Positions 27,405-32,000 of a stretch of 32,000 nt of DNA are shown here, one piece after another (the stretch's first letter is position 1; each line of letters starts with the position of its first letter). Origin of the DNA: Synechococcus elongatus PCC 6301 (GTDB taxonomy: Bacteria; Cyanobacteriota; Cyanobacteriia; Synechococcales; Synechococcaceae); the NCBI RefSeq assembly GCF_000010065.1, contig NC_006576.1, positions 90,001 through 122,000 on the forward strand, read 5' to 3'. A program made the translations under genes and the position numbers. The notes below the pieces were generated by a model. That model saw nothing but the letters and a program-made list of their open reading frames with translations. It searched no databases and was not told the DNA's origin.

Positions 27405-28472
27405 ATGCGCTGGAGTGAGTTTCTGCAACACCTGGAGGCCAAAACTGGCCCCTGTACCGCCAAGGCGATCGCAGGCGATCCAGAACTACACGGAGTCGCG
27501 GCCATCAACGAGGCGCAATCAGGACAGGTGAGCTTTCTCGATCAGGAGAGCGGCCTACAGGACTGGATTGAGCAAACAGCGGCCAGTGCTTTGATCTTGC
27601 CACCGGATCCAGCCTTACAGGCCCGTGCTGAGGCTCGCAATCTCCCTTGGATGACGACAGCTCAGCCACGCTTGGCGTTTGCTGCTGCGATCGCAGTCTT
27701 TTATCAACCCTTTCGGCCGGTAGCGGGCATTCATCCCAGCGCCGTTATTGATCCCAGCGCCCAGTTGGGCGATCGCGTCAGTGTCGGTGCCCATGTGGTG
27801 ATTGGCGCGAACTGCGTGATCGGCAATGACGTCATCCTGCATGCCAATGTTGTCCTCTATCCCGGCGTCAGCCTCGGCGATCGCTGCCAGATCCATGCCA
27901 ACAGCACGATTCATGAGCGCAGCCAAATCGGGCAAGACTGCGTGATCCACAGCGGTGCAGTCATCGGAGCAGAAGGCTTTGGCTTTGTGCCCACCGCCAG
28001 CGGCTGGTTCAAGATGGAGCAGTCCGGCATCGTTGTGCTGGAAGATGGCGTTGAAGTCGGGTGCAACAGTGCGATCGATCGCCCTGCAGTTGGCGAAACT
28101 CGGATTGGTGCTCAAACCAAGCTCGATAACCTTGTCCATATTGGCCATGGCTGCCAGATTGGCAAAGCCTGCGCTATGGCAGCCCAAGTCGGCCTCGCTG
28201 GGGGAGTGGAAGTCGGTGACCGCGTCATTCTGGCGGGACAGGTGGGCGTTGCTAACCGCGTCAAGATTGGCGATCGCGCGATCGCATCCTCAAAATCCGG
28301 CATCCACGGTGAAATCGAAGCCGGGGCGATTGTTTCGGGCTATCCAGCCATCCCCAATCGGCAATGGCTTAAAACCTCAGCTGTCTACAATCGCTTGCCT
28401 GAGCTCTACCGCAGCCTCCGCAACCTAATACGGCGCGTGGAAGTGCTGGAACAGGATCGCCCCAGTTCCTAG
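27405..28472 (+). CDS. lpxD: UDP-3-O-acylglucosamine N-acyltransferase
   Basis: 355 aa; hexapeptide repeats and [20 protein letters not shown]...[29 protein letters not shown]. Confidence 0.95.
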   Translation: MRWSEFLQHLEAKTGPCTAKAIAGDPELHGVAAINEAQSGQVSFLDQESGLQDWIEQTAASALILPPDPALQARAEARNLPWMTTAQPRLAFAAAIAVFYQPFRPVAGIHPSAVIDPSAQLGDRVSVGAHVVIGANCVIGNDVILHANVVLYPGVSLGDRCQIHANSTIHERSQIGQDCVIHSGAVIGAEGFGFVPTASGWFKMEQSGIVVLEDGVEVGCNSAIDRPAVGETRIGAQTKLDNLVHIGHGCQIGKACAMAAQVGLAGGVEVGDRVILAGQVGVANRVKIGDRAIASSKSGIHGEIEAGAIVSGYPAIPNRQWLKTSAVYNRLPELYRSLRNLIRRVEVLEQDRPSS

Positions 28473-28491
28473 CGGCAGCCAAGCCTCAGAC

Positions 28492-29454
28492 TCAAGCGCT
28501 CATTGCCAGCATCCGCTCGATTGGGCGAAGGGCTGCCAGGCGGGTTTCTTCTGGAATCTGAATTTCCGGCCGGCGATCGCGCATACAGAGATAGAGTTTC
28601 TCGAGCGTGTTCAGCCGCATGAACGGGCATTCATTGCAGGCGCAGGTAGTGTCTTGGGGAGGGGCAGGAATAAACGTCTTCTCCGGCGCCGCTTGCTGCA
28701 TCTGGTGGATGATGCCCGGCTCGGTGACGACGATGAACTCGCGGCTGGGACTGTTGAGGCTGTAGTTTAGCAATGCTGTCGTCGAGCCGATGAAGCGAGC
28801 CTGATCAAGAACCGGCGTTTCGCATTCGGGGTGCGCGATGATTTCGGCGTCGGGATGCCGCGCTTGCAGTTCCAGCAGGCGTTGTTCTGAAAAGGTCTCG
28901 TGGACAATACAACTGCCATCCCAGAGCACCAAATCACGGCCTGTTTGCTGCATGACGTAGCGACCCAAGTTGCGATCGGGGGCAAAGATAATCGGCTGAT
29001 CCACAGGAATCTGCTGAACAATCTTCACCGCATTGGAACTGGTGCAGATGATGTCGCTAAGCGCCTTAATCTCGGCGGTGCAGTTGATGTAGGAAATAAC
29101 GATGTGATTGGGATGAGCGGCCTTAAACGCGGCAAATGCCTCGGGTGGGCAGCTATCGGCTAAGGAGCAACCTGCGGCCAGGTCCGGCAGCAACACTTGT
29201 CGCTGTGGGTTGAGAATTTTCGCCGTCTCGGCCATGAAATGGACGCCGGCAAAGACGATCACATCGGCGTCCGCTGCTGCGGCTTGGCGCGACAGACCGA
29301 GTGAATCACCAATGTAGTCCGCCACATCTTGAATCGCCGCTTCTTGGTAGTAGTGCGCCAAGATAACCGCATTCAGCTCTTGCTTGAGCGCCGCGATCGC
29401 GGCAGGTAAGTCGGCAGGAAGATCAGTGGTGGGACGATCAGCAGCGAGGAACAC
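28492..29454 (-). CDS. nadA: Quinolinate synthase A
   Basis: [38 protein letters not shown]-like [33 protein letters not shown]. Confidence 0.96.
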
Positions 29455-29489
29455 AGGCAGATCTCAGCAGGGTCGAAGATGCTTCGATC

Positions 29490-30308
29490 CTAGCTAGCAT
29501 TGCCGCGATAAATCCGCTGTTGTTGTTCAGGGGCCAACCAACCGCGACTGGAGTAGTTGGCGGGTGGAGCCGCCACAGCCGCGATCACAGGCTCCGGCTC
29601 TGGTGGAGCAACGGCCACTTCTTCGGTCAGGGGGACGACACAACGACCGAGAATGGCTTTCTCCTGGCTGCCGGGCAAACGCACTGGACATTCATCAATG
29701 CCTGTGTCATCACTGCTGGTACGGCTAATCTGCAAGACCTCGCCGCTTTCAACTTCATAAATCCAGCCAAAAATCTGCAGCTTGCCTTGGAAAAGGCGCG
29801 ATCGCACGATCGGGTAGGTCTTAAGGTTCTCGATCTGCGTCAGCACATTCTCGGCGACCAGAAACTCTACCAAGTCGTCAGTCTCATAACCGCTGTAGTT
29901 ATCCAAGACTAGGCGGCGGGTGGCTTGGGCATGCTGCAGCCAGTCATAGACCAGCGGCATGTCCTCTTGCAGCTGATTGAGCTTGAGCAGCCCTTTCATC
30001 GCACCGCAGTGCGAGTGACCGCAGACCACAACATGCTCAATGTTCAAAGCTGCGATCGCGTATTCGATCGATGCCCCTTCACCACCGTTGGCGGCACCGA
30101 AGGGCGGGATCAGATTGCCAGCGTTGCGAATGACGAACAGCTCACCCATGCCCGACTGGGTAATGAGGTTAGGGTCAATGCGCGAGTCTGAGCAGGTAAT
30201 GAACAGGACTCGAGGGTGCTGACCTTTGGCAAACTGCTCGAACAGGTCCCGATGAGACGGGTAGTAGGACGTACGGAAATGCCGTAACCCCTCGATGAGC
30301 TTGCGCAT
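29490..30308 (-). CDS. icfA: Beta-type carbonic anhydrase, carboxysomal (CcaA/IcfA)
   Basis: 272 aa; HPRVLFITCSDSRIDPN, VVCGHSHCGAMKGLL, and the C-terminal extension typical of cyanobacterial CcaA/IcfA. Confidence 0.95.
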   Translation of the reverse strand: MRKLIEGLRHFRTSYYPSHRDLFEQFAKGQHPRVLFITCSDSRIDPNLITQSGMGELFVIRNAGNLIPPFGAANGGEGASIEYAIAALNIEHVVVCGHSHCGAMKGLLKLNQLQEDMPLVYDWLQHAQATRRLVLDNYSGYETDDLVEFLVAENVLTQIENLKTYPIVRSRLFQGKLQIFGWIYEVESGEVLQISRTSSDDTGIDECPVRLPGSQEKAILGRCVVPLTEEVAVAPPEPEPVIAAVAAPPANYSSRGWLAPEQQQRIYRGNAS

Positions 30309-30454
30309 GCCAGTGATACTCGGGACTGAGAAGCATTATCGCGGAGAAGCGATCGCCCGCCTACAAGCTTTGCAAAATCCGATGGAGTCGATAAGTGCAG
30401 ACAATCCCTCAGCTGGGTAGGCTAAGGCCACAGAGATTCCCTGAGGAGTGCAGC

Positions 30455-30874
30455 ATGCGAGTTTTGAGTGGGGCAGCAGTGGTCAGCGCCATCAGCGTGA
30501 TCGGAGTCCCTGTCGCAGTCATGGCTCAGCCAGCCCCTAGCAGTCTCTACGGCACAACGCTGATCTATCTCACTTGCGTCAACCTCAATAACGGCACGAT
30601 TACCCGTCAGGATCTCTCCAGTCTGAGCGATCGCCAATACAATGCGCTGCTGCCAATTTGTAACTCTCTACAAGATGGCAAGATTACGCCTGAAGAAACG
30701 GTGGCAATCCAGACTCGACTCAAGCAGGAAAGCAGGCAAATCAATCAGGATGTTGCTCAACAACTCCAAAGCCAGCCCTACTTACAAGGAGCGCAAATTG
30801 ATCTGCAGTCGGTTGAAACTATCAACCAAATTAACTCGATTTTCAATACAACTTTTACACCCGCTCCTTTTTAG
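30455..30874 (+). CDS. Hypothetical exported protein
   Basis: Start at MRVLSGAAVVSAISVIGVPVAVMAQPAPSS (ATG 30455 with GAGGAG upstream), not track start 30395. Confidence 0.65.
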   Translation: MRVLSGAAVVSAISVIGVPVAVMAQPAPSSLYGTTLIYLTCVNLNNGTITRQDLSSLSDRQYNALLPICNSLQDGKITPEETVAIQTRLKQESRQINQDVAQQLQSQPYLQGAQIDLQSVETINQINSIFNTTFTPAPF

Positions 30875-30979
30875 CGAGACGCCATACAGCAAAGCACTAG
30901 GCGCGATCGCTGCAGGCTACTCCACAGCTTGGATCACTACCCACAGGATTTGGAGAACAGCCCCTATCTAGGCGAAGAG

Positions 30980-32000
30980 ATGTTGAAACTTACTGTCGCT
31001 AACACTGTGACGGCACTGATTCAAGGTGACATCAGCGAACACTATTCTATTCGTCAGATTCCTCTGCAAGGGGAGGTGATTGGCCTAGGCACCACCACCG
31101 AAATTGATAACGGCGAGCTCTGTTTCTTGCCAGAAGGGGATGCCACCACTATCTACAAAGGGGAACCGCAAACGGGAGCAGCAATTTTTCAGGATCCGAG
31201 TTCAGAGCTGATTCATTTCCCCTATGTCTGCTTCACCAGTAATGGCGCTGGACTGGGGATCTCTGTTGACGCCGCTAGCCTGCCGCCGGTTGAAGCAGGG
31301 CTGCAAGCTATGGTTGCCGCTGCGATCGCTCAGATCGATTCCCCAGCCGATTACTTTGGTATCCGTCTGCAAGCCCACTGGCAAGCCTTGGTAGTGACAG
31401 TTGCTGCCAAGCTCTGTCTCTGGCAACGGGGGCGGTTGCTGCGCGATCGCCAAGAGGACAATGTCTACGAGAGCCTCAAGCACTTTTACTTTGCCGAACA
31501 GTCAGGTGACCCGCTCCATCATTTCCTTGGGCCTGCCCCCGTCTGGAATCTCAGTGGCTTTTATGCGCGCCATCCTGAAACGGGGCTTGTGACTGTACCG
31601 CAGGCGAATGCTCACCTTCACATTCACGGTTGCTCAAGCGATTTGCGCTTCGCAGGGCACATCCACCATGAACATCCCAATACGAGACTGAGATTGATTC
31701 AAGGGTTGATCCTCTATCCGATTGCAGCTGTCGAGGTGCTGAAGGCTGACTTGGCAGTGATAGATCTCCGTATCGAGGAGGATTTACTACGATTCACGAT
31801 TGCCAACCAAGGCCGAATGGATGTTAGTGATGCGGATGTGGTGATCGTGGTTAACAACAGCTATCGGGGGCATCGTGCCCTGCGCTTACCCTGGTTAGCC
31901 CAAGGCGATCGTGAAGACGTGGCCTATCCGATTGCTGGGTTGCCGTTACAGGCAGGCACAAACTTGATTGAAGTGATTGCCAATCCTGATCAAACCATTC
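30980..32000 (+). CDS. Acetolactate-decarboxylase-like protein with C-terminal extension; truncated by the window edge
   Basis: Hand-translated uninterrupted frame MLKLTVANTVTALIQGDISEHYSIRQIPLQGEVIGLGTTTEIDNGELCFLPEGDATTIYKGE...VPQANAHLHIHGCSSDLRFAGHIHHEH...; GlGTxxxxdGEL and HxHx10H patterns fit the family. Confidence 0.7.
   Translation, partial: MLKLTVANTVTALIQGDISEHYSIRQIPLQGEVIGLGTTTEIDNGELCFLPEGDATTIYKGEPQTGAAIFQDPSSELIHFPYVCFTSNGAGLGISVDAASLPPVEAGLQAMVAAAIAQIDSPADYFGIRLQAHWQALVVTVAAKLCLWQRGRLLRDRQEDNVYESLKHFYFAEQSGDPLHHFLGPAPVWNLSGFYARHPETGLVTVPQANAHLHIHGCSSDLRFAGHIHHEHPNTRLRLIQGLILYPIAAVEVLKADLAVIDLRIEEDLLRFTIANQGRMDVSDADVVIVVNNSYRGHRALRLPWLAQGDREDVAYPIAGLPLQAGTNLIEVIANPDQTI

Noticed and set aside
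27615-28187. 190-aa minus-strand ORF antisense to lpxD
   Set aside because: Sits entirely within the well-supported lpxD reading frame; its length reflects GC-rich codon usage and hexapeptide periodicity, and it has no recognisable domain.
29520-29912. 130-aa plus-strand ORF antisense to the carbonic anhydrase gene
   Set aside because: Fully inside the icfA coding sequence; no family signature.
1-32000. CRISPR arrays, transposases, integrases, toxin-antitoxin pairs, phage genes
   Set aside because: No regularly spaced direct repeats, recombinase motifs or small paired toxin-like ORFs were seen; the gene content is housekeeping-like.
1-32000. tRNA or rRNA genes
   Set aside because: Scanning the intergenic gaps by eye showed no convincing cloverleaf or GGTTCRA T-loop context; tRNAscan-SE and Infernal would be needed to be certain.

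Overview
This window looks like ordinary chromosomal DNA of a unicellular freshwater cyanobacterium, most likely Synechococcus elongatus (PCC 7942/6301 lineage). That assignment is inferred from pervasive HIP1 octamers (GCGATCGC) and from IrpA-like and IcfA-like proteins, not from a database search. I see about 27 protein genes. Recognisable ones are a U32 peptidase-family protein, riboflavin synthase, a GT4 glycosyltransferase, cytochrome c6 plus an abutting TPR gene, and an iron-themed locus (iron-uptake porin, irpA imelysin, di-heme oxidoreductase, Ycf34). Others are tsaB, a YdcF-like protein, the plsC-fabD-fabH-plsX-rpaB block, radA, a PstB-like ATPase, lpxD, nadA and a carboxysomal-type beta-carbonic anhydrase. 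I found no rRNA, tRNA, CRISPR array or mobile element that I can support, and no clear new multi-gene system. The best leads are: (1) a right-edge gene absent from the ORF track that reads as an acetolactate-decarboxylase-like domain plus a C-terminal extension; (2) a PstB-like ATPase that keeps Walker A/B but has lost the Q-loop Gln, the LSGGQ signature and the H-loop His; (3) two genes each split by an apparent 1-nt frameshift (6525-7822 and 16729-18088); (4) a Fur-box-like site between the divergent porin and irpA genes; (5) several unannotated inverted repeats, notably at 12260-12299, 11825-11887 and 24556-24601.
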